Positions 38,959 to 48,226 of a stretch of DNA of 64,000 bases are shown in pieces. Position 1 is the first letter of the stretch. Every line of letters begins with the position of its first letter. Source of the stretch: a virus; the IMG/VR virus record IMGVR_UViG_3300005340_000003, positions 1-64,000 of that record; one strand, given 5' to 3'. The notes beneath the pieces are model-generated. The model had not been told where the DNA came from. It saw nothing but the letters and a program-made list of their open reading frames with translations, and made no database searches. The position numbers and the translations under genes are program-made.

Positions 38959-39275
38959 CAGATTAGGCTTCCGCGTGATTCGGTGGCGACATGCTTCACT
39001 TGTTCCGGCGCGGGTTTGTTGTGCGCTTCAGCACGGCGAAAAATCGCCGACAGTCCGGTGACGAGCGGCTGGTATTCGTCGGTGGCGGCAAGCCATGTCG
39101 CGATGAATTCGTTGCCGTGCTGGAGGAAAAGTGTCGTCAGGTAATTTTGGAGCACTTCGATCTCTGCGGCTTTACCGGATCGCTCGATTGGGCTGGTGTT
39201 CGTTTCCTCAATCTTCGCGAGTGTGCGATACATTTCAACGACTGTCTGTCTGGTTAGGGGTGGTGCTGTTATCAT
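38958..39275 (-). CDS. Hypothetical protein
   Basis: 105-aa coupled ORF. Confidence 0.55.
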   Translation of the reverse strand: MITAPPLTRQTVVEMYRTLAKIEETNTSPIERSGKAAEIEVLQNYLTTLFLQHGNEFIATWLAATDEYQPLVTGLSAIFRRAEAHNKPAPEQVKHVATESRGSLI

Positions 39276-39544
39276 GGTAGTGTGATGGTGAACCGAATGG
39301 GTTTGGTTGGTTGGCGGAGGTCGGTGCGTTCGATGAATTTTTGTGCTGTGCGCGGAAGCGGGACGAAGACATGTTCATTACCGATTTCAAATCGAAGTTT
39401 AGTCGTGAGAACCGATCCGAAAATTTTCCTCAGTTGTTCGTGGCATTTGATTGCCCGAGCTACCGGGCAACAAGAAGGGCTTTTAGGTGCTCCGAGACGA
39501 ATGCACGATTCCGTTACGTTGATGATGAATTTCTTCTTTTTCAT
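39272..39544 (-). CDS. Conserved phage hypothetical protein
   Basis: INVT...I..G...CPVARAI...LP..A..FI...D. Confidence 0.6.
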   Translation of the reverse strand: MKKKKFIINVTESCIRLGAPKSPSCCPVARAIKCHEQLRKIFGSVLTTKLRFEIGNEHVFVPLPRTAQKFIERTDLRQPTKPIRFTITLP

Positions 39545-39855
39545 CGCACCTCCAAAAGTTCGATGCACTCAACTCGGTTAGGCGCGGCGTTGTCGTTCGC
39601 GTCCGCGAGGGAAGAGTGGATTTGAGGATCGGCGTCATCGGGATACACGTTCAGCCAGAATCTCCGGGGAGACCGCTTGATGCGATACCTGAATTCCTCG
39701 AACCAGAATTTGTCGCCTTTATCGAGGTCGCAGTATCCCTCGCCGGCTTTGTTTTCTGTGGCGGTGTATTCGACGGCTTCGCCGTTAAGAAAAGCCTTCA
39801 CCACTGCGGCGGCTTCGTCGGGTGTATTCGGCTGGTTGCGTTTTACGGTTTCCAT
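39541..39855 (-). CDS. Hypothetical protein, YRxKP family
   Basis: KAFLNGEAVE...FRYRIKRSPRRFWLNVY. Confidence 0.6.
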   Translation of the reverse strand: METVKRNQPNTPDEAAAVVKAFLNGEAVEYTATENKAGEGYCDLDKGDKFWFEEFRYRIKRSPRRFWLNVYPDDADPQIHSSLADANDNAAPNRVECIELLEVR

Positions 39856-40469
39856 ATTGTCACGGGTGCTGGTGTTGGTTTTTCGATGTTGTCGTAAATC
39901 GGCGTGGTGATCTCGGTCAGTGCTTCCAGGTTTGCGAGTCGCGTTTCGAGGTTTGCAAGTGAGTTGGTCAGCCGATCCTGGAGATATTTTATCGCTTCGT
40001 TGTCGAGGTTTGTGATCCGGAGTTCGAGTGCGTCGAGTCTTTCATCGAGGGAAAGTTTAGCGGGAGACGAGGGAGCGCACAACTTCTGTTTTGGTTGTGT
40101 GTCGTTAAGAAAATCGCCGAACGCGACGGCGAGTCGGGCGAGGAGAAAATTGGCGAGGGCTCCGCCGTTCTCTTCCTCATTCTGAGTATCGTAAGTCGCC
40201 TGGGCTTCGCTGTAGTTGTATTTGGGCGGGCCTTTGCGATACCGTTGAAAACGAAGGGACGCCATATCAGCGAAGCGCAAAGCCGATTGGTAGTCGTCAA
40301 TGTAGGCTAGGACGACCTGTGATCCGGCAATCGACATCTGAACGACGTAGCTGTTGCCAGCAGTGCGATACACGAAAAGGTTCCGCTTGAGCGGTATCGG
40401 TGCGTCCGAGAATTTAAGGTGGCGGGCTGATTTAATCAGGGATGCGGTTTGCGGATCGAGTTTTTTCAT
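39843..40469 (-). CDS. Putative AP2-like DNA-binding protein with coiled coil
   Basis: YVVQM...LAY.DD...A.R.AD.A...YNY. Confidence 0.45.
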   Translation of the reverse strand: MKKLDPQTASLIKSARHLKFSDAPIPLKRNLFVYRTAGNSYVVQMSIAGSQVVLAYIDDYQSALRFADMASLRFQRYRKGPPKYNYSEAQATYDTQNEEENGGALANFLLARLAVAFGDFLNDTQPKQKLCAPSSPAKLSLDERLDALELRITNLDNEAIKYLQDRLTNSLANLETRLANLEALTEITTPIYDNIEKPTPAPVTIWKP

Positions 40470-41055
40470 TGAGGTAATTGATTGCGGAGGATAGTTGATC
40501 GGTGGAATTGTTGAACGCTTTTATCCCCATGTGGCATGCGCGGCACAAAATACCGTTGTTGTCCGGATCGAATTTTGGTCGGAGGAATTCGGTAAAATCA
40601 TTCCGGCAGATGGCACACTTGCCGGTTTGTTTGCGGAATAACAGGGCGAAGTCTTCTTGCGTGATACCATACCTGGATTTCCGAATGCGGCCCGCATTTG
40701 ACGATATGCTGACCCTACGAATGTCAACGCCTGATTCGATTTTATCCAGGTGAGCCCGAATCTCTGGAATCTCTGCATCGATGGCGGCTTGCTCCTCGGA
40801 GAAGCACCAGAGAGGGAATTGTATCCGGTCGAGGAAACGAAAAGTGGCGGCATCCGCTAGACGGAATGCGGTCTCCAGGTGTTTGACGAATCCTATCGTG
40901 AGGGATTTCTTGGGATTGAATGTGATGGTCACGGACCAGATGTCGGGATAGGGAGATCGAAAAACGTTGTTTGCGGTTTGCCGTTTGCGGTCGGTGTTTG
41001 GCAGTTCAAGCTCTCTAACCTCAAACGCTGCTGGAGGACGAAGGATTTCTCGCAT
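40432..41055 (-). CDS. AP2-like domain plus degenerate endonuclease VII domain
   Basis: YGITQEDF...Q.GKCAIC...GILCRACH; lacks the DHxH catalytic motif. Confidence 0.6.
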   Translation of the reverse strand: MREILRPPAAFEVRELELPNTDRKRQTANNVFRSPYPDIWSVTITFNPKKSLTIGFVKHLETAFRLADAATFRFLDRIQFPLWCFSEEQAAIDAEIPEIRAHLDKIESGVDIRRVSISSNAGRIRKSRYGITQEDFALLFRKQTGKCAICRNDFTEFLRPKFDPDNNGILCRACHMGIKAFNNSTDQLSSAINYLNEKTRSANRIPD

Positions 41056-41123
41056 ATCCGAACAGTGCCACAGCTACAGGGAAAATGACAACTCTTTTTG
41101 TGTCGGACGTGGGAGGTTGGGTA

Positions 41124-41314
41124 TTACGATAGAAACAAGCCCCCCCAAAAAGGTAAGGATTAAGCTCGGTAGGTAGGTAAGCAGGAGTATTCCCTTAGAT
41201 ACACTTTAATATTATTTGTAAAAATTGATATATAAAGATAAAGGGTGGGAGACCCCCAGTTACCTACCTACCGAGTATCTCTAAGGGTTTTGGACCCCGA
41301 AGTTTCTATCGTAA
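41124..41314. repeat. Nested inverted repeats around an AT-rich core (putative origin, packaging or recombination site)
   Basis: TTACGATAGAAAC 41124-41136 / 41302-41314 and CTCGGTAGGTAGGTAA 41165-41180 / 41260-41275, at the point where transcription diverges. Confidence 0.75.
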
Positions 41315-41739
41315 GGTCGCAACACCGTTTTTTCAGTGGCGCTTTTCAGCGCCGGGGATCACATCTTTTCGTGAGAGAGAACGAGACTGACCTTTTCTCG
41401 GGCCTACCGTCCGAGGACGTAAAACGCCTCAACCGCCAAGCCCGACAGGAGCGCCGGCAGAAAGCCAGGGAAGAATGGAAACGAAAGAACCTCCAACGTT
41501 TGCCGGATTCGAGAGATATGAAGTAAAGGGCGATTCGGCGAGCCCACCACCCGATTCTGAATTCGCCCGAGTTGTCGCCGAGGTGTGGGCGTTGAACCTC
41601 GCGTGGCCCACCACTTTTCGCGGCGGCATGCGCGAATCGATTCAGCACGGTCGCCGATGCGCCGGTTTGCGACGGGTGAGGCATGGCGAAGTGAACGGCT
41701 TTTCTGGATTCGTGCAGATACCGCGACAGACCACTCATT

Positions 41740-42429
41740 ATGAGTAATCAAATTTCAATCCCCGTGAAGCATACAGAACTGGAAGCAGCGTTTGATCGAG
41801 AGCAGGCTTTTCTGTTATACACAATGTTTGGTGGCGATTCAGTAAAGACCGCGCATGCGTTGGGAATGCGAGCCGTCGATGTGTTGCGTATGTCGGAAGA
41901 GGAATCATGGAACGAGAAGATCAAACCAATTCTTGAGCTTCGTAAATCAAATAAGCCTGGAGATTTTGAACGTTCCGTCAACCGAGCGATGAACTTTTGT
42001 CAGGCTCGCCGTCTTTGGTTATTTCTTGAACGAGTCATTAACAGAATCACAGGCATGTCTGAAGAGGAGTTGAACGACTATTTGTTTACGGGTGAGCAGA
42101 AGTTCAATGCGGATGGATCGTTGAAAGGTGAAGTGAAGAAACTAACGACACGGGCGCTCGCGGATTTAGCTAGTGCGTGCGAGAAAGCGCATGCGTTGAC
42201 TTACTTGGCTCTTCATGATGTGGCCTCAGACCGAGCGAGACGAAAAGAGGAAGTGAGTGGGAACGAAGACGCAGGAGAACTTCATATCCGAATCGCACGG
42301 GCAATGAGCGAGGTAAAGCGAAGCAATACACCACGCGCCGAGTTGTTCGACCTGAAGCTTGAGCAAGCCTCACAGCAAATCAATGCTCAGGAGAAACCCG
42401 CAAACCCCCTGGACAATGACGACCATTGA
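41740..42429 (+). CDS. Putative terminase small subunit
   Basis: N-terminal HTH-like segment plus helical body; first large gene of the late block upstream of TerL. Confidence 0.5.
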   Translation: MSNQISIPVKHTELEAAFDREQAFLLYTMFGGDSVKTAHALGMRAVDVLRMSEEESWNEKIKPILELRKSNKPGDFERSVNRAMNFCQARRLWLFLERVINRITGMSEEELNDYLFTGEQKFNADGSLKGEVKKLTTRALADLASACEKAHALTYLALHDVASDRARRKEEVSGNEDAGELHIRIARAMSEVKRSNTPRAELFDLKLEQASQQINAQEKPANPLDNDDH

Positions 42430-42956
42430 CAGTTGTAAAGGCGGCTCTACAAATGTAGAGAGTCTAATCTAACAATGTTAGTCATGCCTAACATTATCCT
42501 CATTTATCATGCCAACAATTGAAAGCGAGTTCGGGTCGAGACCGCCGCAAACCACGTCCGAGGTGTAGAATTTTGACCACCCTGAGCAAAAGTCGCCAAA
42601 ACGAGGGTCGTCGCGTTCCCGTTGATCTGGAAACCAGCGCGAACCGCCGACCGCAGCCCGCGATCCCCAGGCCGGCGTGGACGGACGGTGGAGGACGGTC
42701 CGGAGCCTGGGAGGGCTTTATCGGTAACGTTAACGTTAAAGTTGGGTGGGGGCCTCGGGGGGTTTGCGCCGGCCCGGACTCGCTTACTGACGGACCCGAA
42801 ATTTGAAAAATTGACATCGAGGAAGTCTTTCAGTAGCGTCTGACGCTCTGATATGAAAACCACGATCAAAGGAGATTTCCACCTGGAGTTTCTCAGTGAG
42901 GACCGTTGCGAGAGAAAACAGTTGTCACTTCGACGCCCACGGATCACTTCTCGTAT

Positions 42957-43172
42957 ATGGCAACACTTTCAACGGCGGAGAAGGCAGACATCGCATATTT
43001 GATCGAGTATCAGCGCGGCAACTACGACACGCCACTCGACAGTTTTGTGGCGGAGAGACTGAGCGTCCTTCACGCGAAGTTCGGATACGACAGCCAGATT
43101 GTGTATCTCGAAGCCCTTCGCGATGCGCCCCACCGCACACTTTTGCAATCTCTCCTGGCAGTGTCGGCTTAA
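42957..43172 (+). CDS. Hypothetical protein
   Basis: MATLSTAEKAD..., 6 nt after TTGTCA-N17-CACTTC. Confidence 0.55.
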   Translation: MATLSTAEKADIAYLIEYQRGNYDTPLDSFVAERLSVLHAKFGYDSQIVYLEALRDAPHRTLLQSLLAVSA

Positions 43173-43184
43173 CCTCTTTTCGAC

Positions 43185-44507
43185 ATGGGCTGGCCACTAA
43201 CCGGTAATAACCTCAGCCGTTTCAATCGGCTGCTCGACGACCTCCGGCAATACGGGGATTTTCCCTTCGTTGGTTCGCCCGATGACATCACTTGGCTCTG
43301 GCAGATAATCCGGGAAGCGAGCGACAACCAACTCAATCCCGCACTCGATGACGTAGCGAATCGCTCTCACTATTGGATGCTTCGGCTGGTCGCTTTCCTC
43401 GGCGATCAAGTAACTCCACCAGCACCCGCACCCCCCACCGGTTTATTGTGGGGTCCGAACCCATCTATTATAGACATGAGTGTGGATGGCAGGAATTTGG
43501 ACTTTTCTTTTCTGGATAACCCCTCAATCACGAGTTTAGATTTTCGAGGACTTACTTTGATAACAGACGGGGGATCGGGTAATGGTCTGAACCTCTACAC
43601 TCCCAATTCTGTGGGGATGAACTTTTCTTTTCCCGATCTGGAAAACGTAGATGCTCCATTTGGTTTTGGTGGAGAAGGAACCATCGGTTCGATCAGTGCC
43701 CCCAAGCTGAAGAACGTTCAATTCGGAATGTTTTTGTATGGCAACCCCATCACTTCTCTGGATTTTCCAGGTCTGGAAACAGTTGTAGAAGGCGGCTTGG
43801 ATGTCGTGGACGACGTTCCATTAACCAGCATGAGTTGGCCGGCACTTCGAACCGTTGGTGTCGGGTCTGTAGGAGGTGTTACTTATTACGCAGCCTATTC
43901 CTGTCCGAACCTCACCACACTTTTGCATCCGGCACTCGAACAAGTGGACTCCGATTTGGTTGTTTTTGGTTGCCCGCTTTTGACCGCCCTGGATTTTCCG
44001 TCCCTTGTTTCGGCAAGAATTTCTGTTGCTGACTGCGTTTCGTTAGTCAGTCTTTCTGTTCCCCTTTGGGGAACGCTTTCAGCTTCTAACGCAGGATTCA
44101 CTTTAGTTAACACCGGATTGATTTCATTGGTTCTTCCGTCGCTTGTTGAAGCAACGCAGGGCTCTGTCGATGTTCACAACAATTTATTTTTGGATTCAAT
44201 CAGCCTCCCGCTATATGTGGGTAACGACGCCCCTTCCGCCAATTTAGCGTTTTACAATAACCCGGTATTAACCACTCTGAGTTTGCCATCGTGGTCTCCT
44301 GCCGATGGTTCCGGTCTTCTTTTTTCTGGAAACTCATTATCCGCTTCGAGCGTAAATCATGTCCTGGCTCGTGCTGTGGCAAATCTGGCTTATGTTTCAG
44401 GTTCTATTGATCTCAGCGGGCAGACTCCCGCGCAGCCCCCGACTGGTCAAGGTGCCACAGACAAAACAACGCTTCAAGGTCGCGGCGTAACGGTCATCAC
44501 AGACTAA
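43185..44507 (+). CDS. Leucine-rich/receptor-L-type beta-solenoid protein (possible receptor-binding or decoration protein)
   Basis: ~22-25-aa repeats of L.sL.fP.L..V (FPDLENV, APKLKNV, FPGLETV, WPALRTV, HPALEQV, LPSLVEA). Confidence 0.7.
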   Translation: MGWPLTGNNLSRFNRLLDDLRQYGDFPFVGSPDDITWLWQIIREASDNQLNPALDDVANRSHYWMLRLVAFLGDQVTPPAPAPPTGLLWGPNPSIIDMSVDGRNLDFSFLDNPSITSLDFRGLTLITDGGSGNGLNLYTPNSVGMNFSFPDLENVDAPFGFGGEGTIGSISAPKLKNVQFGMFLYGNPITSLDFPGLETVVEGGLDVVDDVPLTSMSWPALRTVGVGSVGGVTYYAAYSCPNLTTLLHPALEQVDSDLVVFGCPLLTALDFPSLVSARISVADCVSLVSLSVPLWGTLSASNAGFTLVNTGLISLVLPSLVEATQGSVDVHNNLFLDSISLPLYVGNDAPSANLAFYNNPVLTTLSLPSWSPADGSGLLFSGNSLSASSVNHVLARAVANLAYVSGSIDLSGQTPAQPPTGQGATDKTTLQGRGVTVITD

Positions 44508-44630
44508 CTATCATCATGACACGGGAAGAAATAATCCGCAAGCACGACGAGCTTCATCGCCAGCATAAAGAGAAGCAACTCAAGCAACGACTAAAAGGGA
44601 TAAAAGGGAAAACCGCCGAACCCAAGACCA

Positions 44631-46286
44631 ATGATTCTTAAGACCTTATTTTCCATCCTGGCTTTTCTTTCCGCCGCATCCGCTCAATCACCTCTCCCTC
44701 AGTCAGTCTATCAGCAATTCGCTGATCCGAGTGTCAGTGTGATTAACCTTCCATCGGGAACATACACGCTACCCGGCAACGCACCGCTCATTCTCCATCG
44801 GTCCGGGGTGACAGTAAATTTTTCCGGATGCGTCCTCGAAGTTAATCCCGCCGACAAAGCGAACGACGGGAATTATCCGATTCAAGTGGCAAGCACCAGC
44901 ATCACCTCCCCCACGTATCCCGGGGGAAATAACAGCCGATACATTTCCCATCTGACCGGCAGCATCTCGGAATGCACGACGCAACTCACGATGGACCCCG
45001 CCGAAGCAGTGAGTCTCTCCCCAGGCGAACGTGTGCTTATTTGGGCCGGCGTAGCGAATTCCGATCCGGTGGAACCAGCGGCTTTTATTCCGGCGACAGT
45101 ATCATCCGTGGATAGTCGCGGCACCATCACTTTTACCGCACCCCTCGGGAAAAACATTTACAATTACGGATCAGTAACCGGGATCATCAACGCGACGATT
45201 CCGTCCCTCCAATGGAAAGCAGGCGCATGGGGAAGCTGGCCGAGTGGAGCGAACTTTTCGAAAGGGTTCGGCATCGACCACGGGCTCGAAAGATTTGTTG
45301 GCGGAATGGTTCACGATGTCGTCCTCAACGACATCACTCTTAATCTTCAGACGGTTGACGCGGCACATTCGCCGAACGCGATGTGGGACGTGTCGGCAAT
45401 CGCAGTGGACGGGTTCACCATCAGGAACGCCTCAATCAATAATCCCCACGGCAACACGGTTCATTTTTGGCGCAGCTTCAATACGCTTGTTGACGGAGCG
45501 ACATTCACCGGTCACGGTCAGAACAAGATTTGGAATACGACCATGAGCGAGGCATTCGCTCTGACGGCCTGGGGCGGGGATCACCTCGCTTACAATAATG
45601 TCACCATCACCGGCACGGACATAACGGCATTCAACACCGAGGTTGGATCGAGCGACATTTCTGTAAACGGCCTGAGTTTCGATGTCGAATTCACGAGTGC
45701 TCGAAACTACGCATCATCGCCGACGATTTTCGGATTCCACTCTCCAGCAACCACACCGAAAATTACCAACGCGAGCGTCCATGCTGTAACTACAGGCGGA
45801 TCGAATCACGCATACACCACCTACGACTATATCGAATTCCTCGGGAGCCTCACTTTTCCAGGATCGTCCCTCACGGCATTTTTCGATTGGGGTTATCAAC
45901 GACACGCTGATTTGAATGGAACGGTGTCCCTCAACGGAATCACATACGGGCCGAAGGCTTCAGTCGCGGCAACGATCACCTTGTTGCATGGAGCCGGTTC
46001 TCGGACTTACACACCGCCCGAGGGAGTTTATGCTTCCGGAAAGTTCCGCGTCACCACACTCGGATCGTTGCGTGGCGTGACTGATACGCAAGGCGGCACC
46101 TACGATTGGAACGCGGTGTCCACCGGACAGTGGGTGACTTTTCTTTCTAACCGGTGGTTTTCAATCGGTCCCGGTGACTCGAATCTCGCAATGTATCTTT
46201 CGAAGGGGATTCAGTTTTGGTTCACGTCTCCCTGGCCGAATGATTCCGTGGTGGAATTCGAATTCACATATCTCCCGAAACAATGA
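44631..46286 (+). CDS. Signal-peptide-bearing pectin-lyase-like beta-helix protein
   Basis: MILKTLFSILAFLSAASA signal; VINLPSGTY; N/T/G-rich beta-helix rungs. Confidence 0.65.
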   Translation: MILKTLFSILAFLSAASAQSPLPQSVYQQFADPSVSVINLPSGTYTLPGNAPLILHRSGVTVNFSGCVLEVNPADKANDGNYPIQVASTSITSPTYPGGNNSRYISHLTGSISECTTQLTMDPAEAVSLSPGERVLIWAGVANSDPVEPAAFIPATVSSVDSRGTITFTAPLGKNIYNYGSVTGIINATIPSLQWKAGAWGSWPSGANFSKGFGIDHGLERFVGGMVHDVVLNDITLNLQTVDAAHSPNAMWDVSAIAVDGFTIRNASINNPHGNTVHFWRSFNTLVDGATFTGHGQNKIWNTTMSEAFALTAWGGDHLAYNNVTITGTDITAFNTEVGSSDISVNGLSFDVEFTSARNYASSPTIFGFHSPATTPKITNASVHAVTTGGSNHAYTTYDYIEFLGSLTFPGSSLTAFFDWGYQRHADLNGTVSLNGITYGPKASVAATITLLHGAGSRTYTPPEGVYASGKFRVTTLGSLRGVTDTQGGTYDWNAVSTGQWVTFLSNRWFSIGPGDSNLAMYLSKGIQFWFTSPWPNDSVVEFEFTYLPKQ

Positions 46287-46320
46287 AAAAGAAAAAAGGC
46301 AAAAAGAAAAGCAAGGGCTA

Positions 46321-46348
46321 TTGACGCCGGCAGTTCTTCTGATATAGT
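46321..46348 (+). promoter_or_regulatory. Sigma70-type promoter (leaderless)
   Basis: TTGACG-N16-TATAGT-N6-ATG. Confidence 0.65.
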
Positions 46349-46354
46349 TCCGAC

Positions 46355-46681
46355 ATGAACGAATTTTTCGATCATGTCCTGAAACTGTGCGAACAGCACA
46401 ACATCGCGGTTTATATCCATCCCGAATGCAGGCCGTGTTCTTTTCCCCCGATCCGTCAAATCAACATCCACCCGGTTAAATCCGTCGAGGACTACTGTGT
46501 GGCCCTCCATGAAATCGGCCACGTAATTCTCGGACACCTGCCGGAGCAAGATCGCATGGAGAAAGAAACCTCGGCTTGGTGGTGGGCGATAAACAATGCG
46601 CTTGAGTGGGATATAGAGCATACAGAATTTCTTGCGAAATGTCTTGCGCTTTGGGAGGAAGAGTGTAAGTTGACGCCATGA
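46355..46681 (+). CDS. Small HExxH zinc metallopeptidase-like protein
   Basis: ALHEIGHVILGH...EKETSAW. Confidence 0.7.
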   Translation: MNEFFDHVLKLCEQHNIAVYIHPECRPCSFPPIRQINIHPVKSVEDYCVALHEIGHVILGHLPEQDRMEKETSAWWWAINNALEWDIEHTEFLAKCLALWEEECKLTP

Positions 46682-46787
46682 AAAGATTCATAACCAATCC
46701 GAGAACGGACACAGATGCCTTGATTGGAGGCTTCATTATTTCCGTGGCTGTCGCTACCGTGATAATCCTCATTGTGTGCGCTCTTAC

Positions 46788-47597
46788 ATGAAAGTTTACA
46801 GCTACATTCGGGTCTCGGGTCGCGGACAAGTCGGCGGGGAAGGCCCCGACCGCCAGCGTGAGAGCATCAACGCCTTCTGTGCGGCCCGAGGACTTTTCTC
46901 CAACGGCGAGTTTTTCGAGGCCGGCGTCTCCGGCACGGTCGATGGAATGGACCGCCCTGAATTCTCCGACATGATCGAGCGGATCGAATGTCTGCGTTTA
47001 AACGGCGCTGAATGCGACGGGTTCGTTATCGAGCGGCTCGACCGGTTGGCGCGTGATTTAATGGTTCAGGAGGTTCTACTCAGTGAATGCCGGAAGCGTG
47101 ACATTAAGGTTTTCGCTGCCGACCAGGGGGAACTTCTCGACCTCGCTTCGGATGCCGGCGATCCGACACGCAAGCTCATCAGGCAGGTTATGGGAGCCCT
47201 CGCGGAGTGGGAGAAATCTCAGACGGTTTTGAAGTTGCGTAAAGCGCGTCAGGCGGTTAAGGTTCGAACTGGACGTTGTGAAGGTGCCAAGCCGTATGGC
47301 GTCACTCCTGAAGAGCGGGGGATTTTGACGGCCTTGAAACTTTTCGTCCGTCCGGATAGCACTTTGAAGGACATCGCGTCACTACTTAACCGGGAAGGTT
47401 TTCATACCCGGCACGGCGGCACCTGGGACGAGAAGTCCGCATTCAGGGTGATGAAGATTGCCGGCGTGTGGCAGCGAAAGCCGACCGAGAATAATTTGAA
47501 GAATTTGGGTAAACACGCAAAAAATAAGCGGGAAGTCGGGGAGCATAGCCCCGCATTGCCTCTGGCATGTGGTGTAACAGTAGCACAACCGCACTAA
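46788..47597 (+). CDS. Serine recombinase (resolvase family) with C-terminal recombinase/HTH region
   Basis: YIRVS...Q, EAGVSG, RP, RLDRLARD, AEWE, PYG. Confidence 0.9.
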   Translation: MKVYSYIRVSGRGQVGGEGPDRQRESINAFCAARGLFSNGEFFEAGVSGTVDGMDRPEFSDMIERIECLRLNGAECDGFVIERLDRLARDLMVQEVLLSECRKRDIKVFAADQGELLDLASDAGDPTRKLIRQVMGALAEWEKSQTVLKLRKARQAVKVRTGRCEGAKPYGVTPEERGILTALKLFVRPDSTLKDIASLLNREGFHTRHGGTWDEKSAFRVMKIAGVWQRKPTENNLKNLGKHAKNKREVGEHSPALPLACGVTVAQPH

Positions 47598-47892
47598 TCG
47601 AAAGGAAACAAATGGATGGAGCATACAAAGCATTCGTAAAGAGTTACGGGACAGACGTGGTGGAAGATTTCGCGAGGAAACATCGCGAGGACTGCCTCCT
47701 CCGTCTCGCTCGAATCACCAACGGCGCGGTGAAGGAATACCAGAACGGAACTACCGTCACCAAGCTTCGTAATTTGAGGAATAGCCGGTAAGAGACTTTC
47801 CGACTTTTCACTCAGAACGACACGACCACTGGAGGGCAAAAATCCAGTGGCCGTTTTTTTGCGCTCGGAGCACTTCTTATTGCGGGCGGTAT

Positions 47893-47971
47893 TGCGGGCG
47901 GCAGGTCGTAATCTGAGCGTGCCTCATAAGCAACGCATTGAAGCGAGTTTAACTCTCGCGCTTCGCATCCA
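47893..47971 (+). tRNA. Atypical tRNA-Met(CAT)-like gene
   Basis: CTCATAA anticodon loop, T-arm GCGAG-TTTAACT-CTCGC, encoded CCA; bulged acceptor and anticodon stems, D-loop lacks GG. Confidence 0.55.
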
Positions 47972-47972
47972 T

Positions 47973-48048
47973 CGGAATGTAATGTCAGTAGCAGACGGCC
48001 CGGCTCGGAACCGGGAGGCCGCTGGTGCAACTCCAGCCATTCCGACCA
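47973..48048 (+). tRNA. tRNA-Pro(CGG)
   Basis: 76 nt; CGGAATG/CATTCCG acceptor, CCCGG-CTCGGAA-CCGGG anticodon arm, GCTGG/CCAGC T-stem, ACCA end. Confidence 0.9.
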
Positions 48049-48055
48049 ATTTTAT

Positions 48056-48220
48056 CGGGGGATAGTGTAAGTATGCCTGGATAGACATAAACGGGTTGGA
48101 CGAAACTCCTGCTTCGGCGGGCATCAACCTCTGGCCCGGGAACGACGTGAAATCCCAGGAAAAGAAAGCACACCGGATGTGATTCCGGAAGTAGCGCATC
48201 ATTGCGTCTTCGCCCGACCA
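48056..48220 (+). ncRNA. tRNA-His(GTG)-like RNA with a 99-nt structured D-loop
   Basis: CGGGGGA acceptor, GTGT/GCAC D-stem, CCGGA-TGTGAT-TCCGG arm, GCGCA/TGCGT T-stem, ACCA end. Confidence 0.6.
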
Positions 48221-48226
48221 AATGTT

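Noticed and set aside
48069-48167. Hammerhead ribozyme, tmRNA or bulge-helix-bulge intron
   Set aside because: CGAAAC is present but there is no CTGANGA core. No tag ORF or G3-U70 Ala acceptor, and no clear BHB at the junctions.
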